Part shown: in pieces, positions 38,126-52,975 of the stretch
Numbering within the stretch: the first letter of the stretch is position 1
How the letters are laid out: each line of letters begins with the position of its first letter
Source: Octopus vulgaris
Taxonomy: Eukaryota
Reading direction: 5' to 3'
DNA: 64,000 nucleotides
NCBI GenBank assembly: GCA_951406725.2
Contig: OX597817.1
Location: 28,396,001-28,460,000, forward strand
Notes under the pieces: model-generated
Database searches by the model: none
Seen by the model: the letters and a program-made list of their open reading frames with translations, nothing else
Told to the model about the DNA's origin: nothing
Made by a program: the position numbers and the translations under genes

Positions 38126-39105
38126 TAGCAAGTTTTTGTGTCTGTGTGTTCGTTAGGCGTAAAAAGGTACTGACCAGTGAAATGACGATGGGATTTGATT
38201 CACAGTTCATGTTGTTGGTATCGGCCTGGCAACAGGTTATAACAGATGGCTTAAGGTAGTTCTTAGAAGAAACTAGAACCCAAAAACAGATAATTGATTT
38301 ACCGTTTATGAGGTACAGCGTCAGACTTCCATATCAAGATATTGTGTATCGCAGTTGAGATTAATTGAATCACTCGTTGTGTTTATCTTTCTCTTGATAT
38401 GAACATACTTCCAGATATGTTACTGTAGCCGTTTTTTCCGTGGCGAGAATTTCACCTAACCGCTATAGCTGAATCTGTAGTCGTCTTGTGTACAAATTAA
38501 ATCTTCGATGTTTGTCGATTGGTTCTTCCTGCTTCTTCATTATTTTCTGCTTGGTTATTTTTCTCTAGTTATAGATATCCTGTAACCGTTCTTCATGGTG
38601 ATATTTCACACTAACAGTATAAGAGGTATCTTGGTGGTCGCCTGCCTTTCGAACTGGAACTTGGTCGAGTATGCTCTGTGTAGTCAGAGACTTAGCTCTT
38701 AAAAGAACTAAAAGCCTAAGACGAGCTCTGTGTGGTCAGAGGTTCGCCCTGAGAAGGACTGGAAACCTAAGACGAATATTTGTCTGAGAAACCTTCTTTT
38801 ATAAGCTTCATCAGGCTCCCAGTGAACTTCAGAAATGGAAAGCTGTGATTGGCTGCTTGGAACTATGGCGCGAAAATAAGTCGAGACAATTCGCGTCACG
38901 TGTCAATCAGTGGCGGACTTCGGAGGGACCCTCGTGTCACATGTCACCCAGTGGCGCGAAACACGTAGAGACCAACGTGTCAGCCAATCGAATTAGTGGT
39001 TACAACAATGTTGAACTAGCCGAAAATGTTTGTAATCTCGACCGAGGTTATTCTTAATACTCTTCTCAAACAGTGAAGATAGAAATGAGAGACGATATTG
39101 CTACA
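38126..39105 (-). mobile_element. Solo-LTR-like element, copy 1
   Basis: About 980 bp homologous to 46039-46992; minus strand starts TGTAGCA, contains CCAAT and TATAAAAG, ends TGCTA. Confidence 0.7.
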
Positions 39106-39328
39106 ATATCAAGCTGTAAAAAATCACCATTTCAGCATATTAAATTCATTTTTCTCTTTTACTATTACACTCGTCTGAAATTGGTAAACCTTCAGAATAG
39201 GTATCGCTGCCTCGTAGACTAGCAAACGAGCAAATTAAAACCGTTTCCTTCGGTTAATGAATTTTTGGCCTAAAAATTTAACTTTTTTTGCCTCCCAATT
39301 CCATGTCTTTCTCTGATACACTTTTGCA

Positions 39329-39432
39329 GCGGAGGTAAATAATACGCACACCACCCTTATTCGGCGTAACCCTAACCCTAAATCTATCCCTAAACGCCGA
39401 AAACGGGTGGTGTGCGTATTCTTTACCTTCGC
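39329..39432. mobile_element. Small foldback element with internal TAACCC repeats
   Basis: GCGGAGGTAAATAATACGCACACCACCC / GGGTGGTGTGCGTATTCTTTACCTTCGC. Confidence 0.7.
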
Positions 39433-39478
39433 CCATTTTTGCTATTAGATCCATTTCACGAGTCGGGTGGGGGAGTGA

Positions 39479-39517
<39 letters not shown>

Positions 39518-39903
39518 AACAACCTGTCACAATCTGGGACCTGCAAGACTGCTTTAATGCAAGAAAGTATAGTTCCTTAATATTTCATATTCAATATTCC
39601 ATCTATACAATAAGACAATCAATACTTCATTTCATTTTACTATATATATTCTATATTAATATTATAAAGAATATAAATAAAACATAAAAAATAGGCAGAG
39701 TTGGAATTTCTTTGAATAATATATATCCCTCTATACACAATCATACAAACCCCTTTATATATATATATAATCAGCCTTTCCGCTGTCCGTCATAGTGCTA
39801 GAAATAGCTGTCAGGTCGATCTACTACCATCCTTCAATCCTTAAATGACCACATTAGATAATGTAATTTTGGATACCAACTGCGAGGGAAAGGCAGACGA
39901 TAT

Positions 39904-40316
39904 GAGCTGGCAGAAACGTTAGCACGCCGGGCGAAATGCTTAGCGGTATTTCGTCTGCCGTTACGTTCCGAGTTCAAATTCCGCCGAGGTCGACTTTGCC
40001 TTTCATCCTTTCGGGGTCGATAAATTAAGTACCAGTTACGCACTGGGGGTCGATGTAATCGACTTAATACCTATGTCTGTCCTTGTTTGTCCCCTCTGTG
40101 TTTAGCCCCTTGTGGGTAATAAAGAAATAGGTATTTCGTCTGCCGTTACGTTTTGAGTTCAAATTCCGCGGAGGTCGACTTTGCCTTTCATCCTTTCGGG
40201 GTCGATAAATTAAGTACCAGTTACGCACTGGGGGTCGATGTAATCGACTTAATACCTATGTCTGTCCTTGTTTGTCCCCTTTGTGTTTAGCCCCTTGTGG
40301 GTAATAAAGAAATAGA
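39904..40316 (+). mobile_element. SINE family B dimer
   Basis: Junction GAAATAG|GTATTTCG at 40130/40131. Confidence 0.93.
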
Positions 40317-40547
40317 TATGATTAATGCTTTGAACTCCTTTTATTATAAATCTGCTGGCTTAAGCTGACTCGAGGAGAAACATGCAAAAGACCATCATTT
40401 GGTTTCTATGAATTCTGACCTTACTCTATTCAGTAAGTTCATTAATTTCTCAACAGATTGATATATTTTGTTTCAGTTATGTACATAACTGAGAAGAATG
40501 TTACGTAGAAAATATTTTTATTAATATTACATATATATATATATATA

Positions 40548-40950
40548 TCTTTTACTCTTTTACTTGTTTCAGTCACTTGACTGCGGCCACGCTGGAGCAC
40601 CGCCTTTTAGTCGAGCAAATCGACCCCGGGACTTATTCTTTGTAAGCCCAGTACTTATTCTATCGGTTCTCTTTTGCCGAACCGCTAAGTGACGGGGACG
40701 TAAACACACCAGCATCGGTTGTCAAGCAATGCGAAGGGGACAAACACAGACACACAAACACACACATACACATAAATACACATATATACATATATACGAC
40801 AGGCTTCTTTCAGTTTCCGTCTACCAAATCCACTCACAAGGCATTGGTCGGCCCGGGGCTATAGCAGAAGACACTTGCCCAAGATGCCAAGCAGTGGGAC
40901 TGAACCCGCAACCATGTGGTTTGTTAGCAAGCTACTTACCACACAGCCAC
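40548..40950 (-). mobile_element. SINE family A
   Basis: Homology; CpGs retained. Confidence 0.9.
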
Positions 40951-41504
40951 ATATATGCATTTTACTAGTAGTATTCTACTTAAAACGGATTATTTGGTTT
41001 CGATCAAATTTTTCGACCGGTCTTCGTGTATCATTTTGGAGTCAATATGACAAGTTAAACTGGTTGCCATACATACAAGTTTCCTAACATCCAAATACGA
41101 TTTCAAAGCCTTGACGCGTTGCAGCTTCTTTCTTCTCTTCTAACACAGTTTTGTTCGTGAAGTTAATCTCCCGCCAGAACTTGCCGTTGCAGACGACTTC
41201 TTCAGCCACTTTACTTTACACGGATTAACATAGAATTCTTTCTTCGTTTTATACATCTGTGAAACTTTTTTTTTTTTTGATTGACTTTTAAAATCAATCG
41301 CTTTCGTAAGTTTCTCGATTTTGTATTGCTAATATTAGTTATTTGTTTAGTTATTTATCGCACACGATTATGTTCATGTTGCGAAGAACGCGTGGAAATG
41401 GCTGCACTTTAGCAAATTCAGACATACATGTCACGAGAAAATTGAGAACAAAATCAAAATATATGTATGTGTGTGTATGCGCACGTACATAAAATACACA
41501 CACA

Positions 41505-43885
<2,381 letters not shown>

Positions 43886-44138
43886 AACAAACTTTTGTTT
43901 CGACCAAAGATTGGTACAGGCCATATCTAACTTAACAGCACCACCTGATAGGATTATCTAAATCCCTTTTTTAAGTCAAGTTTTGTGGTATCATGGTCCA
44001 TTCAAAAGTTCTTGTTGAGTGAGTTGTATAGGTGGCTTATCTGGTATTCCTTGAAATTTGTCCAGACTCCGTTTAAAGATGATGTGGTCCTTTTCCTATT
44101 TGATATATATGCATCTATAAAATATATGTTTATATATA

Positions 44139-44174
<36 letters not shown>

Positions 44175-44320
44175 TCTATAATATATATATTTATGCATCT
44201 ATAATATATATATGCATCAATAATCTATAGATGTACGCATCTATATATATGCTTCTATATATATAAGCATCTATATATATATGCATATGCATCTATAATA
44301 TATATATATATATATATATA

Positions 44321-44756
44321 TAAACAAAGTCAGAATGCGATAAAATAAAATTAATTATTATCGCAGGTGTTTCTAGCACAGGCCATATATTATTCATATA
44401 TAAGTACACTAACCTGCGAAGTATGTACTAGAAACACAGAAGCTTGATAAATTTAGTGAAATGAAAATAAAAACTTTTACTAACTCGGTTCTTCTTAGAC
44501 TGCAGTTTCGCCTATTTCAACAATAAAAATAATATTTATTTACTCAGGTAGGCTCTTCAGTAAGATTCCTGTTATTCTTAAATCGCAACTCGATAGACAC
44601 ATGTGCGTCTACTAATTTGCTCTTTCTAACTAATCAGATCACTGCGCAGACGCAGAACGTACCCGACAAACTAGGGATTTCTGGTATATAGTCTAACGCT
44701 CAAAATTTATCGAGAAATATGTAAACAAAGTCAGAATGCGATAAAATAAAATTAAT

Positions 44757-44762
<6 letters not shown>
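44321..44762 (-). mobile_element. 401-bp hammerhead-bearing retroelement (Penelope pLTR or retrozyme-like) with 41-bp terminal redundancy
   Basis: TAAACAAAGTCAGAATGCGATAAAATAAAATTAATTATTAT at 44321 and 44722; (TA)n on both sides. Confidence 0.8.
44493..44565 (-). ncRNA. Type I hammerhead ribozyme with canonical core
   Basis: Minus strand TCTTA CTGAAGA GCCTA..loop..TAGGC GAAA CTGCAG TC^ TAAGA: full CUGANGA/GAAA/GUC core, 5-bp stems I and II, palindromic stem III. Confidence 0.88.
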
Positions 44763-44795
<33 letters not shown>

Positions 44796-44804
44796 TGTAT
44801 AATG

Positions 44805-45530
44805 TGAGCTGGATAAAATATACAAGTCGGCTGTAAAGAATAGCATGCAGTTTAATGCTGAAAAGTTTCAAGCCTTGTGCTATCAGAATGCAAAACTAAA
44901 TGCAATAACCATTAAATACACTGGACCTGGAGTGATTGAAAAATCCCAGAGGCACAGTCAGTGCGTGATCTGGGCATTTACATGAGTAATGATGCATCCT
45001 TCCGTGTGCATGTTGCTAAATTGGTGGCTGACTGGATGGATTCTTAGAACTTTTAGAACAAGAGATCAGGAAACCATGATGGTCCTCTGGAGGACACCTA
45101 TCCTAAGCCACTTAGACTATTGCTCTCAGCTATGATCACCAACCAATGTCAAATTAATCTTAGAACTTGAGGCAATCTACAAAGAAGCTACTGGGAAAGA
45201 CTCAAGAGATTGAGACTCTATTCCTTAGAGTGTAGGCAAGAAAGATATGCCATAATATACATCTGGAAGATCCTGGAAGGACTTATCTCAAACTTTGGCA
45301 TCAAGAGTTACACAAATACTAGAAATGGGTGCCACTGCATAGTGCCAAGGACTCCAAATTTGCCATCAAGATATAGGACAAGATACTGCAATAGCCTGGG
45401 CTTCAGAGGACCACAGCATTTCAATATCCTCCTGAAGGACCTGCATGTGGTGGATGTAGGTGTCTTCAAAATAAAGCTGGACTTCTTACTGTCAAGTGTC
45501 CCAGATGAGCCAGCTTCGTGGCAGGAGGTA
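44805..45530 (+). mobile_element. CR1-clade LINE ORF2 3' fragment, degenerate
   Basis: MQFNAEKFQ, VRDLGI, GWILRTFRTRD, HLDYCSQL, YWERLKRLRLYSLE, FKIKLD..VPDEP. Confidence 0.85.
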
Positions 45531-45975
45531 CATTCCGAGAACCGAGCTTTTGTTTCGAGTTCGTAAAAACACGATGTCGTTTCATCAGGCTGGCTTCAAA
45601 TTCTTCCTACAGATCAGAACAGAATCCGATCTGTTTCTCTTTGAAATCGCTGCGGTATATCACCTATCGAGCTCTCCACCTTGTACATACATTCTTATAC
45701 CCAAAGTTTTCCACCTTCTTCAGCAATGTATTGTTACTATAGTCCACTTATGTGTAGCAAGCTCACAGATCCTCACTTGTCTATCCTCGCAAGTCACTGC
45801 ATCCACTCGGTAGTAGTTGATGGTTTACCACTACGTGGTGTTCTGTGTTGTCTTCCCCCTTTCTTTTAAACTACATCCATTTGTGCACGTAACCTTTGGT
45901 GTATGTCAGACAACTAGCACGTTACCTTCGTCAAAAAACTCAATGATGGCCCTTTGCTTCTGCTTTAGAATGCAT
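45530..45975 (-). pseudogene. Mariner transposase remnant (N-terminal half)
   Basis: Motifs across frameshifts: QRAIIEFL, IHQRL, PRSGKPST, EDRQVRICELA, GYKNVCTRW, DETTSCFYELETK. Confidence 0.75.
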
Positions 45976-46038
45976 TATTTGCTAGCAATGAAAAAAAACA
46001 AGAAGGGTTATTCTACTATAAAAATAGGAACGTGATCC

Positions 46039-46992
46039 TAGCATGTTTTTGTGTCTGTGTGTTCGTTAGGCGTAAAAAGGTACTGACCACTGAAATGACG
46101 ATGGGATTTAATTCACAGTCCATGTTGTTGGTATCGGCCTGGCAACAGGTAATAACAGATGGTTTAAGGTAGTTCTTAGAAGAAACTAGAACCCAAGAAC
46201 AAATAATTGATTTACCGTTTATGAGGTACACTGTAAGAGTTCCATATCAAGATATTGCATGTCGCAGTTGAGATTAATTGAATCACTCGTTGTGTTTATC
46301 TTTCTCTTGATATGAATATACTTCCAGACATGTTACTGTAGCCGTTTTTTCCGTGGTAAGAATTTCACCTAACCGCTATAGCTGAATCTGTAGTTGTCTC
46401 GTGTACAAATTAAATCTTCGATGTTTGTCGATTGGTTCTTGCTGCTTCTTCATTATTTTCTGCTTGGTTATTTTTCTCTAGTTATAGATATCTTGTAACC
46501 GTTTTCTTCATGGTGATATTTCACACTAACAGTATGAGAGGTATCTGTAACATCTTGTATTAATGGTGGTCGCCTGCCTCGAACTGGAACTTGGTCGAGT
46601 ATTCTCTGTGTGGTCAGAGACTTAGCTCTTAAAAGAACTAAAAGCCTAAGACGAGCTGTGTGGTCAGAGGTTTAGCTCTGAGAAGAACTAAAAACCTAAG
46701 ACGAATATTTTTCTGAGAAACCTTGTTTTATAAGCTTCATCAGGCTCCCAGTGAATTTCAGAAATGGAAAGCTGTGATTGGCTGCTTGGACTATGGCGCG
46801 AAAATAAGTCGAGACATTTTGCGCCAAGTTATAACCAGCGGTGCGAGCGTAGTAGAGACCAACGTGTCAGCCAATCGAATTAGTGTTTACAACAATGTTG
46901 AACTAGCCAAAGCTGTTTGTAATCTCGACCGAGGTCATTCTTAATACTCTTCTCAAACAGTGAAGATAGCAATGAGAGACGATATTGCTACA
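46039..46992 (-). mobile_element. Solo-LTR-like element, copy 2
   Basis: Homologous to 38126-39105, with indels. Confidence 0.7.
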
Positions 46993-48149
46993 CTACCAAC
47001 AGCTATAATCTGAAGGACTTCATGTCAGCTATAAAAGCAATCCCTACCTTTGCATGCTTTCTGTGCAAAATCTCATGGATTGTAATCTCTCTCTCCTGTG
47101 TTGTAATAAATAATTATGTGTGTGCGTGTATGTGGCCTGTTCGTAATCCTATATTTTCTCATATAGCCATTTTTTTTTTGCTTGTGAATTAGGCTGCTCT
47201 TGTTAATAGTCGAATTTTTAGATTATTTTCATGGCAAAAATGTATTGTTTCAGTTGTAGAGCAGGATTGAACATGCATACTCTTTCACAATTTTATTTAT
47301 GATGACATTTCATGTGAAATTGTTTTTGTTTTAATTCATTTCACTTATTCACTCACATTAAATAAATCTACCTTTACTTCATATCAACTAAATGAATCTC
47401 ATTCAAAGTTTCTCTCTCTGTCACGCAAATTTACTGACTAGTGTCTTAAATTCATTTTCTATCGTCGAACTTTTAACGCATCTATTATTGTTGTTATCGT
47501 CGTTTACAATCGTGCAGAAAAGAAATTAAAATAAAACACCGCTGGCTCTCTTTTTCTTTTATCACCACGAGAAGAAAAAAGAAAAAAAAGTACAATGCTG
47601 CTGCATTAAAATATTTATTTTCTTTTATTTTTCCTAAAGAAGGATAACTTTAGAGAAAAACAAATCCTGATATTTATATAAAAATTCTCAAGCTATAGGT
47701 AACCTATTTTAAGACATTTCTGAATAAGCTGTTTATTTCCTGTTCGCATCACATCTTAGCAATAAATGGGGTTTCGGCTATGATGATGATGATACAGAAA
47801 AAAACCCCCAAAAAACAAACAATCTAGAAAACAAGTAACGATAAATAACACTGAACAGTAACTATGATGCCATTATATGTCCACTGGTTTTAAACTTTCA
47901 TGTCACATCTCTTTCAAAAAGGTCACTATTTGTCAGCCGTTAACCAACATTATTATTACACTAGCGAAAACGTTTCTTTTTAAAAACAATTTCTGTTATT
48001 GCTTAATTTCGGGCTGGAATGAGACGAGATAATTGCCTATCCCAAAACAACACGAATATATTATATATGTACATCTGTTTATTTGACGGTACTGGTGGTT
48101 CTGAAGATAAAGTTGTTCGAGTCGTATATTGAGTCAATTATATTAGGAA

Positions 48150-49051
48150 TATATAAAACTCTAGTTGTGTGAGTGTCTGTCTCCTCCGATTTAGATTCCT
48201 AACTCCTCCCACATTTTGCGATGCAGTTTAACCAAAAGCGGGTATCTTATAGTCGTGATTCATATCGAGCCCTTCTGGGTATTAGCGCGCGTCTACGATG
48301 AGTCTACAATTTTAAAAATAATTTAACATCATTTTTTATTCCATTTTAATGCATAATTTTTCGTGTGTCGATGGCGGCAGAGTTGGCGTCCACGCTCACA
48401 GCTGCACCTGTTTGCTTCTCCCCCTTCCCTTCCTCGTGAAGCTGTGGGGAAGGGAGTGTAAAGAAATCAACGTCGTAAAGCGTTGTCAAGGAGACCAGCG
48501 TTCTTTTAGAACAACGACTTCATGGCTTGAAGACACCAAAACAGAAATGGCTAAGAAAGCCCGAATTGGCATCTATAAGGGAAGTAACTCTCTAAAAATG
48601 CTTATATAGTTATTTCCCTTACAAACCCGAGCAACGCCGGGCGATACTGCTAGTCTTTATATATAAAAGAGAGGTTGTGTGTCTGACTCCTACGATTTAG
48701 ATTCCTAACTACTCCCACATTTTGCGGTGCAGTTTAACCAAAACCGGGTATCTTATAGACGTGATTCATATCGAGCCCTTCTGGGTATTAGCGCGCGTCT
48801 ACGATGAGTCTACGATTTAAAAAAAAATTTACCATCATTTTTTTCCATTTTAATTAATTTTTTTCGCTATTATATAAGGGAAGTAACTCTCTAAAAATGT
48901 CTACGATGAGTCAACGATTTAAAAAAAATTTACCATCATTTTTTTCCCATTTTTTATGCATTTTTTTGCTACTTTTTGGCTATAACTCTCTAAAAATGCT
49001 TATATAGTTATTTCCCTTACAAACCCGAGCAACGCCGGGCGATATTGCTAG
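48150..49051 (+). mobile_element. Two tandem non-autonomous Helitrons (48150-48653, 48654-49051)
   Basis: 5' TCTTTATATATAAAA (second copy); 3' hairpin CCCGAGCAACGCCGGG then CTAG|T in both. Confidence 0.85.
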
Positions 49052-49426
49052 TATTATATATATGTACATCTGTTTATTTGACGGTACTGGTGGTTCTGAA
49101 GATAAAGTTGTTCCAGTCGTATATTGAGTCAATTATATTAGGAAAAATACAACTTGTTGCTTGTATGTCTTTCAGATCCTGGATTCACTATTCGTATCAT
49201 TGTAAAGATGAATAAATCTGTTCGCTTCTAATTGAATTCATTTCAATCAATTTTCCGTGGATATCCTATTTGCTTTTGTTTAGCCAAAGTTCATCCTTGA
49301 TAGAACATTTAAACCGAAGGAATACCTATCAAAAACCATTCATGACAATCCCATCTTTCTTTTTCGATACAGTGTCACTAGGACTAATCTGTATTCAGTG
49401 TATACTTTCTTGTTTTTAAAGATAAT

Positions 49427-49940
49427 GGGCAATCCATCGTTTTTGGTCTCCGAAAACTAAAACTTTGTTTGGCAAGTTCTTTACTTCCTTCTTCAGCTTA
49501 CACACAGACCGCTACATACATACATGCATGCATGAATGCATATATGCATGCATACAAAGATACATAAATACATTTATTCATTACATACATACATTCATTA
49601 CATACATACATACATACATACAAACATACATTCATTACATACATACATACATTCATTCATTCATTCATTACATACATACATACATACAAACATACATTCA
49701 TTACATACATACATTCATTCATTCATTACATACATACATACAAACATACATTCATTACATACATACATACATTCATTCATTCATTCATTACATACATACA
49801 TACATACATACATACAAACATACATTCATTACATACATACATTCATTCATTCATTACATACAAACATACATTCATTACATACATACATACATACATTCAT
49901 TCATTCATTCATTCATTCATTACATACATTCATTCATTTA

Positions 49941-49971
<31 letters not shown>

Positions 49972-50417
49972 CATTCATTACATACATACACTCATTCATT
50001 ACATACATACATACACTCATTCATTCATTACATACATACATACATACATACATTCATTCATTACATACAAACATTCATTCATTACATACATACATACAAA
50101 CATACATACATTACATACATACGTTCGTTCATTCATTCATTACATACATACGCGATTCGTGAAAAGAAAATATGTATATTTATATATGTATGCGTATCTA
50201 TAGGTGTGTGCGAGTGTGCTGACGTGTGTCACTGTTCAAAAGTCGCTCGTTCAAATGAAAGACGACTGTGTGAGAGTTGTGTGTGCGTGCGTGCGGACAA
50301 CCGTGTTTTTCATTGTTCAGCTGCAAAAAAATAAACATTGAAGAAATAAAAATTTTATATGTAACTTGCCGAAATAATAGTTTCAGTTTTCGGAGACCAA
50401 AAAACGATGGATTGCCT
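49427..50417. mobile_element. TIR element with 6-bp TSD enclosing a (CATA/CATT)n array
   Basis: GATAAT|GGGCAATCCATCGTTTTTGGTCTCCGAAAACT ... AGTTTTCGGAGACCAAAAAACGATGGATTGCCT|GATAAT. Confidence 0.8.
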
Positions 50418-50855
50418 GATAATATGTGATATGAGTACGATTTAGCTGCTATTTCTAGCAGGTTGAGCAACTAGTGTTGGTGCGGGTATGATACTTTATT
50501 CACCATATGGCAGAAGGAAAATCCTCAGAAGATTGGTTGGGGCTCACATGTGTAATTTAGTGTAAAAACTTCGATCAACCGAGATAATCCAGGTAATTAG
50601 TTGACAAAACTCACTCTGGGATGTTTAAAATCTGAAGAAAAGAAAGCAAAAAGGAAAAAGAAATCAAGCAAGAGATATAATTCCAATATAATCAATGCTG
50701 ACGCATTAAACCAGTCAATATGATCCTGGTATTTCTGTGTACAAACAGATTGTCTAAAAAGGGCAGTTATTTCCTATAATCCAGTGTGTTTGAATTAGCT
50801 AGATTACATACAGTGTTGGCTAAAAGCTCAAATTAATACAGAACTTTATATAATA

Positions 50856-51217
50856 TTAGCAGTATCGCCCGGCGTTGCTCGGGTTTGTAAGGGAAATAAC
50901 TATATAGGCATTTTTAGAGAGTTATAGCCAAAAAATAGCAAAAAAATGCATCAAAAATGGAAAAAAAATGATGGTAAATTTTTTTTTAAATCGTTGACTC
51001 ATCGTAGACATTTTTAGAGAGTTACTTCCCTTATATAATAGCGAAAAAATGCATTAAAATGGAGAAAAATGATGGTAAATTTTTTTTTAAATCGTAGACT
51101 CATCGTAGACGCGCGCTAATACCCAGAAGGGCTCGATATGAATCACGACTATGTGGGAGTAGTTAGGATTCTAAATCGTAGGAGACAGACACACAACCTT
51201 ACTTTTATATATAAAGA
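50856..51217 (-). mobile_element. Non-autonomous Helitron, same family
   Basis: TC...CTAA ends, same hairpin, inserted between A and T. Confidence 0.85.
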
Positions 51218-51292
51218 TGAGTATTTATGCTTAAATATTTTGAGCTTCGAAGTAACTCGGTCTATTTTGAATATTCCTCTTTGGATCTTGTT

Positions 51293-51690
51293 TTAACTTG
51301 TTTCAGTCATTAGACTGTGGCCATGCTGGGGTACCGTCTTGAAGAATTTTTGTCGAATGAATTGACTCCAGTACTTATTTTTTTTTTTTTTTAAGCTTGG
51401 GACTTATTTTATCGGTCTCTTTTGTTGAACCACTAAGTTACAGGGCTAGAAAGACACCAACACTGGTTGTTAAGCAGTGATGGGGGACAAACACAGGCAC
51501 ACACATATATATATGATATATATATGTACGACGGGCTTCTTTCAGTTTCCATCTATCAAATCTACTGACAAAGCTTTGGTCAGCCCAAGGCTTTAGTAGA
51601 AGACACTTGCCCAAAGTACCATGCAGGGGGACTGAACCCAGAACCTTGTGGTTGGAAAGTAAACATCTTACCACACAGCACACTGCCTAT
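51293..51690 (-). mobile_element. SINE family A, CpG-decayed
   Basis: Homology. Confidence 0.82.
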
Positions 51691-51814
51691 GGAGTGGAAA
51701 ATTTTTGAAATATACTGCAAATTTATTTTTACTAACAAAACTTGATATAATTATAAGCTTCTGGTTTCTGGATAGTCTTGACTGTTCATAGTCCCATTTT
51801 GGACCCTTTACCCT

Positions 51815-52022
51815 ATTACTTGTTTCAGTCATTTGACTGTGGCCATGCTGGAGCACCGCCTTTAATTGAGCAACTCGACCCCGGGACTTATTCTTTGTAA
51901 GCCCAGTACTTATTCTATCGGTCTCTTTTGCTGAATCGCTAATGTGACAGGGACATAAACACACCAGCATCGGTTGTCAAGTGATGTTAGGGGGACAAGC
52001 ACAGACACACAAATATACATGC

Positions 52023-52073
<51 letters not shown>

Positions 52074-52239
52074 TACGACGGGCTTCTTTCAGTTTCTGTC
52101 TACCAAATCCACTCACAAGGCTTTGGTCAGCCCAAGGCTATAGTAGAAGACACTTGTCCAAGGTGTCACGCAGTGGGACTGAACCCGGAACCATGTGGTT
52201 GGTAAGCAAACTACTTACCACACAGCCACTCCTGCGCCT
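51815..52239 (-). mobile_element. SINE family A, full length, CpG-decayed
   Basis: Homology; ATTTTGGACCCTTTAC repeated in both flanks. Confidence 0.9.
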
Positions 52240-52779
52240 ATTTTGGACCCTTTACTTGGTTTCATTATTGGAAATAACACTTTTTCAATTAAACAGTTGT
52301 TTCATCATTTAAGCTGCAGTTTTATATCTTTTTCTTATTTGTTGTTAAGTTTCATGGTTCTTGTGTAGATCTTCATTTGACTTTTTGTAGTTAAATATAA
52401 ATTATAAAATGTAATTCCTATGTGTTACATATATATCTGTATTCTACTACACTTTTTTCACACAACATTTTTTTGTAACATATGTAGAGTTTTTCTCCTT
52501 ACAATACCGTTAAAATGTTAGTTCTTGGTTTCGAGTGATTTAGATAAATTAATGTGAGGATAGTCTACTAGCGCTTACTGTTTACATCTCGCTCAGAGAT
52601 TTATTATTGCAATGTGAGGATAATTATTTAGAAACAAGATTTTACTCTTCTTTACTATGCAGGATCTTGGATAACACTTTCTGTTATAAAATCTTTTGAA
52701 ATATTACTTGACAATGACAAAGTAAGGAACCTTTCAGATTTCAACAATGAAGCACAAGAAGAAAGGGAAATAAATAATA

Positions 52780-52975
52780 ATAATAATAATAATAATAATA
52801 ATTGTGTAAAGTGCTCAGGTGCACTACAACTCATCTAAAGTGTATTTATAATCAGGTGTAGTTTCGGCGGATTTCGGAAAGCATGAGGGCATTAAAGGAT
52901 GCAGTGTCATGGCAGTCCACAACTGACGCAGGCAGTTTATTCCATGCTTCAGCAACTCTGAGCGTGAAACTGCAA
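52780..52975 (-). mobile_element. CR1/L2-like LINE 3' end
   Basis: FTLRVAEAWNKLPASVV motif, 3' UTR and (TTA)n tail. Confidence 0.72.

Noticed and set aside
41090-41260. Coding-like minus-strand stretch (KVAEEVVCNGKFWREINF)
   Set aside because: Short, no recognisable homology, poor splice context
52662-52721. Possible small plus-strand exons here and at about 63187-63229
   Set aside because: Splice-like signals only; no recognisable protein
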